From assembly GCA_963823665.1 (NCBI GenBank), contig CAWGMQ010000008.1, positions 800,001 to 864,000 of the forward strand: DNA of 64,000 bases, given 5' to 3'. The DNA comes from an uncultured Planctomycetota bacterium (GTDB taxonomy: Bacteria > Planctomycetota > Planctomycetia > Isosphaerales > Isosphaeraceae). The position numbers and the translations under genes were made by a program. Under the pieces are notes generated by a model. It saw only the letters and a program-made list of their open reading frames with translations, was not told the origin of the DNA and searched no databases. Shown here piece after piece: positions 36,401 through 46,381 of the stretch (positions are counted from its first letter, which is position 1; each line of letters opens with the position of its first letter).

Positions 36401-37902
36401 TCGGCCCGGCCCTTCTGCACCAGTGCCTCCGCGGCCTTCGATTTCGCCACCTCGGTCTGTTCGTCGGCACGACCCTTCTGCTCCAGCGCCTCCGCGGCCT
36501 TCTGGTTGGCACGGATCGCGAGAAACGTCGCCAGCGCGGTGCCCACGACCAGAGATGCGAGCAGCGCCGCCGCGGCCGGCTTGCGCCGAACCCATTTGAG
36601 CCCCCGCTCGACCCGGCCCACCGGCTGCGCCAGGATCGGTTCATTTGCCTGGAAACGCCGCAGGTCCTCTGCGAGCGCGGCGGCCGTGGCGTAGCGCTTT
36701 CCCGGCTCCTTCGCCAGGCACTTCAGGCAGATCGTCTCCAGGTCACGCGGAATTGACGGATTGAGTCGCCGCGGCGACACCGGTTCGTCGCTGATGACCT
36801 GGATGACGGTGTCCATCGCCGTGGCCGCCTGGAACGGCGGCCGGCCGGTCAGCAGGGCATACAGGGTCGCACCCAGCGCATACACGTCGGCCGCCGGGCC
36901 AACCTCGCCGCGCTTTCCACCAGCCTGCTCCGGTGGCATGTAGCTGGGCGTGCCCATGATCTGGCCGGAGCCGGTCAGGCCGCTATCCCCCTGAATCTTC
37001 TTGGCCAGCCCGAAGTCGGTGACACGCGGGTTGCCGTTCTGATCGAGCAGGATATTGGCCGGCTTGAGATCGCGGTGAATGACCCCGTGCTGGTGGGCAT
37101 ACTCGATGGCCTCGCTCACGCGACGGATCATTTCGGCCGCTTCCCGAGCAGGCAGCGGTCCCTCCGCCAGGCGCTGGGAGAGGCTCTGCCCCTCGATGAA
37201 GCCCATCGAGAAGTAATGCTGCCCTTCGTGCTGGCCTACCTCGTAGATCGGGACGATCCCCGGATGGTCCAGGTTGGCAGCCGCCTCGGCCTCGGTGCGG
37301 AATCGCTTGACGTCATTGTCGTCGGCAAGCTGGCCCGCCAGGATCATTTTGAGCGCGACTGTGCGGTTGAGGCTCACCTGCCGCGCCCGGAATACGACGC
37401 CCATGCCGCCGCGGGCGATCTCGCGGACGATCTCGTAATCGCCGAAGTAGCGGATGCGGGTGGGTTCGGACGCGCCGCCAGTGGCCGATGGATGTTGGCC
37501 GAGCACCGCGGCGGTCGGCTGATCGTGGGCAGTTCGAGGCGGGTTGCTGGGTGGAACGGTCGCCTCTTCGTGAAGCGACGAGGGCGGCGGGCCAGGGGGG
37601 ATGGTCGGCGCTGCCGCGATCCTTGAAGGATTCGGTGCGGTCTGAAGCTCGGGAGCCGCGGGAGGAACTGCCTCAAGGCGCGCGACCGTCTCCTCCGACT
37701 GGCGCAATTCGCGTTCCAGGGCCTCCAACTCGGCCCGCAGCGCGGGCCGGGCTTCCTCCGAAACATCGATCAGATAGTCATCGATACGCGGTTCGCACCG
37801 CGCCCGCCAGTCGGCCTCGAACCGCCGGCAAATCTCATCAACGCGGCGAGCCAGGTCGATTTCCATGCCGCCGAGGTTCTCGCTAGGTCGGTCGCTCATC
37901 AT
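33457..37902 (-). CDS. Hanks-type Ser/Thr kinase with TM helix, WD40 repeats and C-terminal TPRs (kinase unit 1)
   Basis: '[10 protein letters not shown]', 'VALKMI', '[11 protein letters not shown]', 'DFGLAK', '[10 protein letters not shown]'; about 14 '[11 protein letters not shown]...VKVWD' repeats; TPR-like tail. Confidence 0.97.
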   Translation of the reverse strand: MMSDRPSENLGGMEIDLARRVDEICRRFEADWRARCEPRIDDYLIDVSEEARPALRAELEALERELRQSEETVARLEAVPPAAPELQTAPNPSRIAAAPTIPPGPPPSSLHEEATVPPSNPPRTAHDQPTAAVLGQHPSATGGASEPTRIRYFGDYEIVREIARGGMGVVFRARQVSLNRTVALKMILAGQLADDNDVKRFRTEAEAAANLDHPGIVPIYEVGQHEGQHYFSMGFIEGQSLSQRLAEGPLPAREAAEMIRRVSEAIEYAHQHGVIHRDLKPANILLDQNGNPRVTDFGLAKKIQGDSGLTGSGQIMGTPSYMPPEQAGGKRGEVGPAADVYALGATLYALLTGRPPFQAATAMDTVIQVISDEPVSPRRLNPSIPRDLETICLKCLAKEPGKRYATAAALAEDLRRFQANEPILAQPVGRVERGLKWVRRKPAAAALLASLVVGTALATFLAIRANQKAAEALEQKGRADEQTEVAKSKAAEALVQKGRADEQAGVAKSSARLANDRAYISDLRLVQRAWEENQVGSVHELLEGQRPEKTGGEDLRNFEWYYWWRQSHNELFTFPAHTGVYGVTIVVSDMAFSPDGRRLASCGGYNPGEVKIWDTLTGQLILALRGHALGVEGVAYSPDGRHLASGGAQAPRQGEVKLWDTATGKEMLTLAAHTGLVRSVAYSPDGRRLASALEDGTVKVWDAATGREERTLQMQPARRVVFSPDGRRLASLGTGMKVWDLGTGKEERLVRGPLMTLPFDVAFHPDGRCLAFGAILELGSTGTVKVWDVVTGQELLILEGHSGTVSRVIISPDGRHLASASHDATVRVWDAATGKENFIVGGHSGAAGALAFSPDGRRLASGGTFQEPRKPAVGEVKFWDASASPESLTLRGHSNFVKGVAFSPDGLRLASEGGGIVKLWDAATGKETLTLAGDIGLGGEVAFSPAGRRLASCGGRLNEPGEVKVWDTATGKAVHTLRGHTGEVMSVAFSPDGARLASRGGKPHAWGEVKVWNSASGQEILSLPVGNSFGHGVAFSPDGRRLASAERANGLLKVWDISTGSEVLSLKHTNEIDGVAFSPDGRRLAGASYDRTVLVWDTATGNLVHVLRGHTQYVLGVAFSPDGRRLASCGGDGVSKPGEVKVWEMTRGQEILTLRGHTMAVKRVAFSPDGRRLASASYDSTVKVWDATEETSESRQRRLARFEKPDPVWHIQEAEAAADAKQEYAIGFHLKHLAGVEDEAVPFYTRRGKLYLRVGQGEHAVADFSRVIDKVPGDVAAWRDRADAYGGLGQWGKADADLLKAIELAPDDRLEWTSLARVRLAGGNKDGYRAACATLLVRSEKMTNLVDSLDVARTLMLAPSAVVDATAPLHVVERALASFPQNHPFAGMLGAALYRAGKYDAAVQKLNEAIALFGRGGTPHDWLFLAMAQHRLGKRDEAGKSLTKALSLQDEKAIAALPWVERLDLKVLREEAEALIRPKGT

Positions 37903-37989
37903 GATTCGGTCCTTGGTCCGATCTCGATCGGCTGCTTTCCGCGTGCAAAGGCCTGCCGAGGCCGATCGACGAAGACTCAGTACCAGGAA

Positions 37990-38025
37990 GATGTCCGATT
38001 CGCGCGCGATTGTGACATCGCGTTT
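37990..38025 (-). promoter_or_regulatory. Conserved kinase upstream motif, copy 1 (TGTCACAATCGC...AATCGGACAT)
   Basis: tgtgaca at 38011-17, 112 nt from the MSDR ATG; same motif and spacing at 55460 and near-identical spacing at 59339. Confidence 0.6.
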
Positions 38026-38348
38026 GCGTTCAAGCGTTCGCGGGTCCGAGGCTGTTCATCGCTTCGCTGAGCCCTACCGCGCTCATCGACGGCGATAGGG
38101 CGTTGGCCAGGCTGCGGAACCGGTACGAAAAAGCGGCACCGATTTTTTCTGATCGTGGGGGAGCCTGGCGGCTGCTGCGGTTATGGTTCAGCCCCTTGTT
38201 CGTCCGCGATGTTCTCCGTCTTTGGTGATCTAGGTCTTCTCCAGTGAGAAGGCCGACTCACTATTGACCATGGTGGCCGGCACTGGGAGGTGGCAAGGCA
38301 TTGGAACAGACTGCGCTGTTTGGGTCAACGACCGCCGCGGGCCACGAA

Positions 38349-38804
38349 ATGAGCAAGTACCGGATCAACTTTACGATTCACGATGACGTCGCTGTGTGTA
38401 TCACGACGTTCCTGGTGGCCCTGATTGCGACCGTGCTGTATTTAGCGTTCAACTTCTGGTATGGGCTAGGCAGCGGCGCCAAAATGTTTGCCTCTCTCCC
38501 TTGGTTGGTCCTGACAGTCCTCGGGTATCGACACCGTGCCCATTTCGCCTCGGGCGTCGTCGTGCTATTGGCGGGACTCGGCCTCGCCATCTTGGGGCTG
38601 ATCGAACTTAAACAGGTGTTCTTACGCCCCGCCGGCTGGACGGCGAAGGCGCTCACGCCGTTCATCATTCCCTTCGGTCAAATCCTGGGCTTGGGGTTGG
38701 CGGCCGTTCTGGCGGAGGTGTTGCGGCCCATGGGCGAGGGGAACAAGCTGTCACATGAGAAAGGCACCGATCCAGGCCCTGCACCAGATCGGCCGCACGA
38801 CTAA
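38349..38804 (+). CDS. Small integral membrane hypothetical protein
   Basis: About 4 hydrophobic segments; ATG at 38349 inside ORF 38301-38804. Confidence 0.65.
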   Translation: MSKYRINFTIHDDVAVCITTFLVALIATVLYLAFNFWYGLGSGAKMFASLPWLVLTVLGYRHRAHFASGVVVLLAGLGLAILGLIELKQVFLRPAGWTAKALTPFIIPFGQILGLGLAAVLAEVLRPMGEGNKLSHEKGTDPGPAPDRPHD

Positions 38805-38984
38805 TCTGCAATGTCTTCCTTGTCGGCCTTCTCGTTCACCATTCGTGTGTGTTAGGCGCTGGATATCGCGAAACCGATACCAAGGCCGATAAGCGAACCA
38901 ACGACGGAGGCGGGCGAAGCCGCGCATACAGTCAACCTTTGCAGACCGGTCGAACCGGTGATCATGGTGGCTTCTGACGGCAGA

Positions 38985-40115
38985 TCATCTGGCGGACCGC
39001 CTCGGATTCAGCAGGAGCGCGAGGTGAACGGTTGGGGAGCCTGTCTCGTAGCCCTGCGCGACGATCTGGCCACGGTCATTGATGCCCTCGGCAGTCGTGA
39101 TCACGAAGCCCGAGTCCGCGGGGATCTCGCTGTTCAGGTCGGCCATCCGTCCGTGCACGTCAATGAAGCCGTGAGACGCGTCAGTGCTGGTGAGCGAAGT
39201 ACCGACGACCGTTCCATTGTCATTGATCGCCGCCGCGATTGAATCCCGGCCGCCGAGCGTGCCCAGATCGGTCATCGTCCCGTTCCTGTCGACGAAAGCG
39301 TGCGTTGCCACGTTGTTCGCGGTATAAGAGTACCCGACCACGGCGCCGCGGTCATTGATCGCGTTGGCTGTCGAGTCCGTTCCGCCCAGCGTGCCGAGAT
39401 CACTCATCGTTCCGTCCCGATACAGGAAGGCGTGAAAAATCGCGGTGGGCGTACTCGAGCCGTTCGCAGCCGGCATAAGGGCGGTCGTCGAAAGGCCGAC
39501 CACGTCCCCGCTGTCGTTGATGTCTCGCGCGATGGAACCCAGGCCCGCGAGGGACCCCAGATTGATGTTCACCCCATTACGATGGATCAATGCGACGTAG
39601 CCGCCCGCGGAAAGTCCAGCTATTTCTCCGCCCGCGTTGATCGAGATCATCCCGCCCGCCGCGAAAGCCGGGTTGAGCGGCCCCAGATCTCTGAGCTTGC
39701 CGCCTCGCTCGATGAAGGCATCAACCTGCGGGTTGCCGGGGGCGATGTTCGACATTCCGACGATGACGCCCCTCGAGTTTATGCTCATGGCACCGGAAGT
39801 CGTTCCGCCGAGCGTGCCCAGATCGGTCATCCTGCCGCGGCTGTAGAGGAAGGCATGCGCTGCCGCGTTGTTGGCGGTCAGCGAGTACCCCACAACCTCG
39901 CCGCGATTGTTCACCTCCACAGGAACACTAGCCGTGCCGCCGAGCGAGCCCAGGTTGGTGATGGTGTAACTGAGCAACCGGCGATCCTCGAGCGGTTCCA
40001 TGCAAGGTGAACTCTTGGGGCGTCTCTTGAATGCGACCCCGCGGCGATCTGGCTCGATTCGCCGGCCGTTGAATGAGGATCTCACGTGTTGGATCAACGT
40101 CGATGCAGAAAACAT
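38985..40115 (-). CDS. Extracellular HAF-repeat protein
   Basis: 'MEPLEDRRLL' motif; repeats 'HAFLY.DG.MTDLGTLGG.S.A.AIND.G.VVG'. Confidence 0.92.
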   Translation of the reverse strand: MFSASTLIQHVRSSFNGRRIEPDRRGVAFKRRPKSSPCMEPLEDRRLLSYTITNLGSLGGTASVPVEVNNRGEVVGYSLTANNAAAHAFLYSRGRMTDLGTLGGTTSGAMSINSRGVIVGMSNIAPGNPQVDAFIERGGKLRDLGPLNPAFAAGGMISINAGGEIAGLSAGGYVALIHRNGVNINLGSLAGLGSIARDINDSGDVVGLSTTALMPAANGSSTPTAIFHAFLYRDGTMSDLGTLGGTDSTANAINDRGAVVGYSYTANNVATHAFVDRNGTMTDLGTLGGRDSIAAAINDNGTVVGTSLTSTDASHGFIDVHGRMADLNSEIPADSGFVITTAEGINDRGQIVAQGYETGSPTVHLALLLNPRRSAR

Positions 40116-40131
40116 GGCCGTCCCCAGCCCT

Positions 40132-40713
40132 TCAAGGTTGCGGGAATGATTCGGAGGTTTGAATGTACTTCAGAGCATTCGGCACCGACTTCCGGCTCGA
40201 CAGTTCGTCAAGCGTTGCCTGCGTGGACAGGTCAGGCGCGTTCTCTGGAACACCGCCACGATAGCACTCGTCAAGAGGCAAGACCGGGGATCGATCCTCG
40301 GACAAACGGCCGATGCGGGGAGGTGGGTTCAGGGCATCGTTCGCGATCGTGTTGCGAGTGACGGGCGGGATGCTCGCGGTGGCGGGATCACCGGCGGGGG
40401 AGCCGACCGTGAATGCCCCTCCCGGACTCTCGCTCGATCCAGCCTTTCCCGTCGCGGCCAGATTGGGGCTGCCGGTGACGCTACCCGGCTGAGTATTGAA
40501 GATCCCACCGAGGCTCGTGATGGAGATCGATGTGGGGATGGCGGCGACGCTCAGCGAGCCGCCGGGGTTGGCGACGGCGGCGGGGTGGCGAATCATCAGG
40601 AAGTAACCACCGGAGGTCACCACGACAACGCCCAGATTGGCGATGACCGGCAGAAGACGATCTTCCAGCTCGCACGCTTGCAAATCGGGATGAAGCTTTC
40701 GAAGCGGATTCAT
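40132..40713 (-). CDS. Hypothetical planctomycete extracellular protein
   Basis: 'ELEDRLLP' motif near ATG 40713; GGAG RBS; lies directly upstream of the HAF gene. Confidence 0.7.
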   Translation of the reverse strand: MNPLRKLHPDLQACELEDRLLPVIANLGVVVVTSGGYFLMIRHPAAVANPGGSLSVAAIPTSISITSLGGIFNTQPGSVTGSPNLAATGKAGSSESPGGAFTVGSPAGDPATASIPPVTRNTIANDALNPPPRIGRLSEDRSPVLPLDECYRGGVPENAPDLSTQATLDELSSRKSVPNALKYIQTSESFPQP

Positions 40714-41065
40714 TGTGTGAACTCCTGGTGTCTGGCGACCGGCGGTCGCCGACGCGACTCGCTTGAGGCCGAAGGCTGGCAAAACAAGGGCCGGCTCGCG
40801 TGCTTCAACGTTTCGGTCTAATGCCGCCTCAGTGGGTTACCTCTCCGACCTCCGCGAATCTACTCTATTAATCCCGATTGGTTGACGGCGCCCGAATCGG
40901 GGATGGTTCGATCAGGACTCACTTCTAATTAGATGTCCGTTACCGGCGCGATTGTGCCAATGCGTTTGCGATTTGGTCGGCGGCCGCGTACCGCTGAAGC
41001 CCGGGTCAACGCCGGCTTGTTTATGGAGGGTTCATGGCTCGGGTTTTGGCGCTACGGATCGGATC

Positions 41066-41087
41066 GTCAGGCTAAAGCCTGACCTAC
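41066..41087 (-). repeat. GTAG-type REP-like palindrome
   Basis: Minus strand reads GTAG-GTCAGGCT-TT-AGCCTGAC. Confidence 0.65.
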
Positions 41088-41147
41088 TTGATTCTGCGAT
41101 TCGCGGTTGGCGGAATGCGGGGCGCAGTGAACGTGCAACGCGCGGGC

Positions 41148-41170
41148 GGCACACGGAGTGTGCCTGCTAC
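41148..41170 (-). repeat. Second GTAG-type REP-like palindrome with a different stem
   Basis: Minus strand reads GTAG-CA-GGCACAC-TCC-GTGTGCC. Confidence 0.65.
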
Positions 41171-41452
41171 ACAGTGGCACCGGCACGGTACGGCGTCAGT
41201 CCCAACGCGACGGGGCAGTCGCGCCCGGGAAGGTCTTGCGCTCGTTGCCGGTGTCGGGCCGATGGCGCAACCGATCGTTGCGGCGATGCGACCTCGCCGA
41301 TTCCGTGATCTTTGTCACAACGGCACGCGAAACGAACATCTTTCTGGAAGTGGGTCCTTGTTAATCGGCTTGCGGGATGACCAAATACCGGACGACGCCT
41401 GGAGCGATCCAGGCCATCAACAATTGATTCGAGATGGCATAGGAGCTTCTCC

Positions 41453-42229
41453 ATGCCGCCCGCCTTCGCGTACATCCTCGAGGCGCTTTTCTCACTGCTG
41501 ACGCTGGTCGCGATAGCGCTCTTCGTCCAGGAAGCGGTGTTCCGCGTGCAGGCTGGACCGGTGCGATTCCGGCTTGCGATGGCGTCGTGGGCAAAGGGGC
41601 GAGGCGCTCTTGCGTATGGGTCATATCGGGGGCGAGGCGCCGCGGCGTACGGGTGGGTCAGGCTGTTTTTCGTCCTCGGAATACTCGGGACAGCCCTCAC
41701 CGTGACAACCAGGCGTCAACTGTTCATGGGCTCGCGATTGATGCTGCTGATCGCGCTTTTCCTGTGCGCCGTGACTTTCGGATTTCCGCGACGCCACGCG
41801 AAGCGGTGGCTGGTGCTCGCCTTGGGGTTATCCAGCCTGGTGATCGGGGCGGTCGTCGTGGCAGTCCGGCTGCTCGCACTCGACGCCGACGATAGCTCGG
41901 CCTACCACGTTCCCCCTGGTGTGCTCCTGCTCATTTGCACGGGGATGCTCTTCACGCTCGCTGCTGCGGTGTGTGAGGAGTCCGTTTTGGGAACTCGAGT
42001 GCGCGAACGTGGCATCCAGATGTTTTGCGCGACCACGCCATGGTCGCGGATCGCCGTGAAGCACTGGGACGCACGTGAAGACGGGTTTGCGCTCCATCTC
42101 ACCGTCCTCGGTCCGCGGCTCTTCGGCATGGGGCTCGAAGCCGAAAGTGAAGTCATCATTCCCGTGTCGGCTTCGGAGCGCCCCGCATTGGAAGCCTTTC
42201 TCGCCGCACACACCGCGGCCGCCGGGTAA
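41453..42229 (+). CDS. Integral membrane hypothetical protein
   Basis: AGGAG RBS; about 5 TM segments and a soluble C-terminus. Confidence 0.75.
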   Translation: MPPAFAYILEALFSLLTLVAIALFVQEAVFRVQAGPVRFRLAMASWAKGRGALAYGSYRGRGAAAYGWVRLFFVLGILGTALTVTTRRQLFMGSRLMLLIALFLCAVTFGFPRRHAKRWLVLALGLSSLVIGAVVVAVRLLALDADDSSAYHVPPGVLLLICTGMLFTLAAAVCEESVLGTRVRERGIQMFCATTPWSRIAVKHWDAREDGFALHLTVLGPRLFGMGLEAESEVIIPVSASERPALEAFLAAHTAAAG

Positions 42230-42382
42230 TCGCGGGCAGGCGTGAGGATTCCACCAGGTCTCCTTGTCCAGAGAAAGGAAGGCGATGAGCGCGGAGAAGA
42301 ACAGCGGCGGAGCTCAGGGCGGCGAAGGCGAGGAGCCAGAAAAACAGGTCGATCCGGGACGTGACGATCGGCGAGTTGGGCG

Positions 42383-42773
42383 GATGCCGTTCTTGATACG
42401 CAGGCTCGGCGCTCTATTCCTGGTGGTGCAGGGGCTGGGCGGCCTTGCCTGGTGGATTGTTTTGCTGACCATCCCGACGTCACGACGATTCTTCCTCGCT
42501 CCTGGGGCGCCGGAAGTCACTCTGCTGGCGTTCGTGTTCGCGGATCTCTTGCTGTATGCCGGCGGCTCCCTTGCAGCGGCGTATGGGCTCTTTCGCTGCC
42601 GGCCGTGGGGCTGGCCGATTCTGTGCGTCCACGCGGGAGCGGCGGCGTACGCATCGCTCTACGTTTTGACCTTGGCGGCCTGGTCGGGTAGTGTAACAGC
42701 GGGAGCGGCTTTGATGGCACCGTCACTCGCCGTCCCGCCCTATCTGGCGTGGCGACTCCGCCCGGGGAGGTGA
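42383..42773 (+). CDS. Membrane hypothetical protein (4 TM)
   Basis: Hydrophobic ORF 'MPFLIRRLGALFLVVQG...'; start uncertain within ORF 42264-42773. Confidence 0.7.
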
Positions 42774-42776
42774 GTC

Positions 42777-43781
42777 TTGGGAGCGCCGATTCCCAGCCGC
42801 GAGGCACGGCCCGCGACAACCGCCTGGAATGTGGCAAAGACTCTCGTTCAGACCGCGATCTTCTGGTCCACACTCTTGTTCTTCATCCCAGCGATGATTT
42901 ACTGGCTGGAAGCGATGACGGGCCTCCGCGCGCATCGGTTCGCCGCACCGAGCTGGCGGGGCGCCGGAGTGCTATTATTCGCACTCGGTGGGGCGCTCGG
43001 ACTCACGAGCGGGATGATCATGGCGGTCCGGGGGCGCGGGACGCCGCTGCCGCTGGACTGCACGCGCGAGCTGGTCGTGGCGGGGCCTTATCGCTACGTG
43101 CGGAACCCGATGGCGATCGCGGGGCTCGGCCAGGGGGCGGCGGTCGGGCTTTACCTTGGTTCCCCTTCGGTCCTTGCGTACGTGCTCGCTGGTCTGTTGA
43201 TCTGGAACTTCGGCGTCCGGCCAGGGGAGGAGGCCGACCTGGAGGCTCGGTTCGGCGAGGCTTACCGGGCCTACCGCCGCCGAGTGCGCTGCTGGCGCCC
43301 TCGATTGCGTGGCTACGATCCTGGGCGCGAGCGCTCGGCAGTGGCCGTCGAGCGAACGGCCCCGCCCGGCCGGCACGTATTGCTCTACGATGGTCATTGC
43401 CGATTTTGCCAGCGCCAGGTTGGCAACCTGTCGCGACTGGCGGCCCCGGGCGCGATCGATCTTGTCAGCTTCCAGGATCCAGGGGTTCTCGACCGATTTC
43501 CCGGTATTCCTTACGATGCCTGCATGCGGGCGATGCACCTCGTGACCCCCGACGGTCGCGTCTGCTCGGGCTTCGAGGCTGCGGCTCGTGCGGTGGCGAC
43601 GCGGCCTGTTCTCGGCCTTATCGCCTACGTTTACTACATACCCGGAATCCGGCTCCTTTGCGACCTGGCCTACGCCGGTGTCGCCGCGCACCGCTATCGA
43701 CTGATGGGCCGGATCGTCGAGGCGGGCGGATGCGAGGGGGGAACCTGCCACTTGCATGCTGGCGGCCGGTCGCACTCTTGA
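42777..43781 (+). CDS. Isoprenylcysteine/phospholipid methyltransferase-family domain fused to a DCC1-like (DUF393) thiol-disulfide oxidoreductase
   Basis: 'GRGTPLP...LVVAGPYRYVRNPM...EEADLEARFGEAYRAYRRRVRCW', then 'LLYDGHCRFC...YAGVAAHRY'. Confidence 0.85.
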   Translation: MGAPIPSREARPATTAWNVAKTLVQTAIFWSTLLFFIPAMIYWLEAMTGLRAHRFAAPSWRGAGVLLFALGGALGLTSGMIMAVRGRGTPLPLDCTRELVVAGPYRYVRNPMAIAGLGQGAAVGLYLGSPSVLAYVLAGLLIWNFGVRPGEEADLEARFGEAYRAYRRRVRCWRPRLRGYDPGRERSAVAVERTAPPGRHVLLYDGHCRFCQRQVGNLSRLAAPGAIDLVSFQDPGVLDRFPGIPYDACMRAMHLVTPDGRVCSGFEAAARAVATRPVLGLIAYVYYIPGIRLLCDLAYAGVAAHRYRLMGRIVEAGGCEGGTCHLHAGGRSHS

Positions 43782-43794
43782 TCGCGGCAATGTC

Positions 43795-45042
43795 TCAATC
43801 TTTGACGTGGACTCGCCGGAGTCCGAGCGCGATCAGCCGAATCGGCAGGTCGCGAAGCACTGGCACGCGATTGGCGAGGCGGACCCAGAGCGGTAGGTTG
43901 AAAGGCCCTGTCGATCGTAACGCGCGTGCGATGTAGACCCGATAGGCCAATTGCTGCATCGTCTGTGTAACCCGCGTAGGCCACTCGCGCCGGCGCTGCA
44001 CTGCGCGGAGGTCGCGCGGGGACAATCGGCCGGCCAGCAAGGGCCGGGCGAGAAGGTTGGCTGCCTCGACGGCATCCAGAACGGCATTGCCGATGCCAAC
44101 CCCGCCGACGGGTGACATGACGTGGGCCGCATCGCCGATCAGCAGGATGCCGGGTTGCCACCATTGCCGGAGGCGGCTTACTTCCACCGACAGCACCGGT
44201 GCCTGACGCCAGTCCGTGATCGACTCGAGGCCTGACGCGAGCCCGGGCGCGAGCTCGGCGATCGACCGCCGCAATTCGTCCAGCCCCGCGGCGCGAAGCT
44301 GCGGGTAAGCCCCCTTCGGGAAGACGTAGCCGATCTGCCACTGATCGCCGCGGCTGAGCACGATCATGTAGCGGCCCGGACCCAGGAAGCCGCCCCCGGC
44401 CTCTGAGGCATCGGCCGGGTTGCGCGGCACGCGGAGCCACAAGAGGTCGATCGGAGAGCCCGCGCGCACCGGCACCAAACCAACGAGCTGCCGCAACTTT
44501 GAGAAGCGACCGTCGGCGCCGACCGTGAGATCGGCCCGCACGTCGTGCCAGCGGTCGTCGGGCCCTCGGTAGCAAACCCCGCGGACCTCGCCTCCTTCGA
44601 CGATCAGCCGCTGCACATTCGCGCCCATCACGCGCCGGAATGCCGGCAGCCGGTCTGCCTCTTCGGTCAGAGTTCGCAGGAACTGCGACTGAGGCAGCAT
44701 CGTGACGTACGGAAACTGCGTGCGCAGGCGACCCAGGTCGCCGACCTCGAGCGCACCCGCGGGCGTGTGAAAGGTCATTGTGCGCATCTTGCCGTGCGGG
44801 AGCTCGAGAAGCCGGTCGGCCAAGCCGAGCTCAGCCATGATCTCCATGACCGACGGGAAGAGAGTGTCGCCGCGGAAGTCGCGATCGAAATCACGGTGGG
44901 CTTCGAGCAGGACGGTGTTTACCCCGCGTCGTGCAAGCAACAGGGCGAGCACGACCCCCGCCGGTCCCCCGCCGACAACACAGCAATTCACATGATCCAC
45001 GGAGTCAACTGCTGCATCACTCGCCGGAGTGTAGGCATCCAT
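43795..45042 (-). CDS. FAD-dependent oxidoreductase (UbiH/aromatic-ring hydroxylase-like)
   Basis: 'VVGGGPAG', 'DFDRDFRGDT', 'VGADGRFS', 'IGDAAHVMSPVGGVGI'. Confidence 0.92.
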   Translation of the reverse strand: MDAYTPASDAAVDSVDHVNCCVVGGGPAGVVLALLLARRGVNTVLLEAHRDFDRDFRGDTLFPSVMEIMAELGLADRLLELPHGKMRTMTFHTPAGALEVGDLGRLRTQFPYVTMLPQSQFLRTLTEEADRLPAFRRVMGANVQRLIVEGGEVRGVCYRGPDDRWHDVRADLTVGADGRFSKLRQLVGLVPVRAGSPIDLLWLRVPRNPADASEAGGGFLGPGRYMIVLSRGDQWQIGYVFPKGAYPQLRAAGLDELRRSIAELAPGLASGLESITDWRQAPVLSVEVSRLRQWWQPGILLIGDAAHVMSPVGGVGIGNAVLDAVEAANLLARPLLAGRLSPRDLRAVQRRREWPTRVTQTMQQLAYRVYIARALRSTGPFNLPLWVRLANRVPVLRDLPIRLIALGLRRVHVKD

Positions 45043-45107
45043 CAGCTCCGCTCCGATGCCGATCGTTGTGCTGACGGTTGGGCTAGTCGCATGACGTCGT
45101 ATTGTAC

Positions 45108-45148
45108 ACAGCCTGGAGAACCGGGCGACTGACCCGCTGTGTCGAGGC
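45108..45148 (+). repeat. 41-bp intergenic copy of an internal segment of the DUF2071 gene (58183-58223)
   Basis: acagcctggagaaccgggcgactgacccgct[g/c]tgtcgaggc, 40/41 identical. Confidence 0.9.
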
Positions 45149-45267
45149 TTTGCCGGCGGATCGCCAGAAATCACGATCCGGGATGGCACGATCCGGTGTG
45201 CGACGGCCATATAGAACTTGTGGCGTCGACGGCGACGAGAATGTCTTTCCCTCAACGCGAGCCGTTC

Positions 45268-45843
45268 ATGGACACGTGCGTCATTTACAATTCCGTGGCG
45301 GGACGACACCGAGCGAGTGAGCGGATGCGCCGGTTCAAGGAGGCGTGGGCCGGGAAAGTGGTGTTTCGACCGACCGAGCGGCGTGGGCACGCGGTCGATC
45401 TCGCTCGTGAGGCCGCTCTGGAAGGCTTCGCGACGGTGGCCGCGGCTGGTGGCGACGGAACCGCGCACGAGGTCGCGACAGGGCTCTTGAACTCACGGCG
45501 GACGGATGTCACGTTCGCGGTCATTCCGCTTGGCTCGGCCAACGATTACGCGCATTCCGTCAGGCACCAGTTTGGCGCGATGAGCCTTCGGGAGCCTGGC
45601 GGGAACTTTCTGGATGTCGGATTGGTTCGCACACCGGACGGACGCGAGTTCCATTTCTTCGAGAGCCTCGGCACGGGATTGAGCGCCCAGGTGACGCTCG
45701 AATCCAACGCCACGCCCTGGTTGCAAGGGCGGTTGCTTTACGGCTGCGCGGCGTGTCGCGTGCTGGCGCGGATGGACGGACCGACGCAGTTCAGCATCTC
45801 CGAAAACGGTTGCGCGGCGGAGACGTGTCCCACCCAGTTGGTT
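45268..45843 (+). pseudogene. Diacylglycerol/lipid kinase family gene, C-terminally truncated
   Basis: 'VIYNSVAG', 'AAGGDGTAHEV', 'IPLGSANDYA', 'DVG'; family-like sequence stops near 45843 and the ORF runs on in unrelated low-complexity sequence. Confidence 0.7.
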
Positions 45844-46381
45844 CAGGCGATCCCGGCGCCGGCGGCAGCGGGACCCGACGATGGCGCTGATGGGATCGTC
45901 ATTTTCCACGCGGTCGACTCGATCGTGCGGGTCGGCTCTGGCGGCGGATTCGGGAGTCTGGCCGGTTCGCCTGCCGCTGCTCGGGGCTCCCAGCCCCCCT
46001 CATATTCGCCCGACGTGGCTGGCGCAAGCAATTCTTGCCGCGCCGAGCCCTCGCGGCCCAGATCCTCCTTGAATCCTTCGATTCCGCGTGCTCATAATGG
46101 CCGCCGCTTCGATCCGCCGGCACAGATCGGCGGGCGATTGATGAGGCCCGTTCACGCGTCAGGACAAGATCGAAGTTCCCGAGGTCGTGTGTCGATCACG
46201 TCTCCTGGCAGGTCGCCCGCGGTGAGGCTCCAATGGAGAGGAGCGGCGCGGTCGCCCGAATCCGGGTCTTGGGATTGGATCGGTCGGATCATAGCCGCAA
46301 GGTCGTTCGCGCATTCCACTACCTGATTAGGGGCTGCGGAATCCGCTCCCGCGAAGAGCACTCAGTCCGGAGGAGGATCCA

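Noticed and set aside
38011..38026. TGTGA as a CRP/FNR-type site
   Set aside because: The second half-site TCACA six bases later is missing in all three copies.
45139..46326. 395-aa ORF as an intact lipid kinase
   Set aside because: Only about 45268-45843 resembles the family; the rest is low-complexity run-on.
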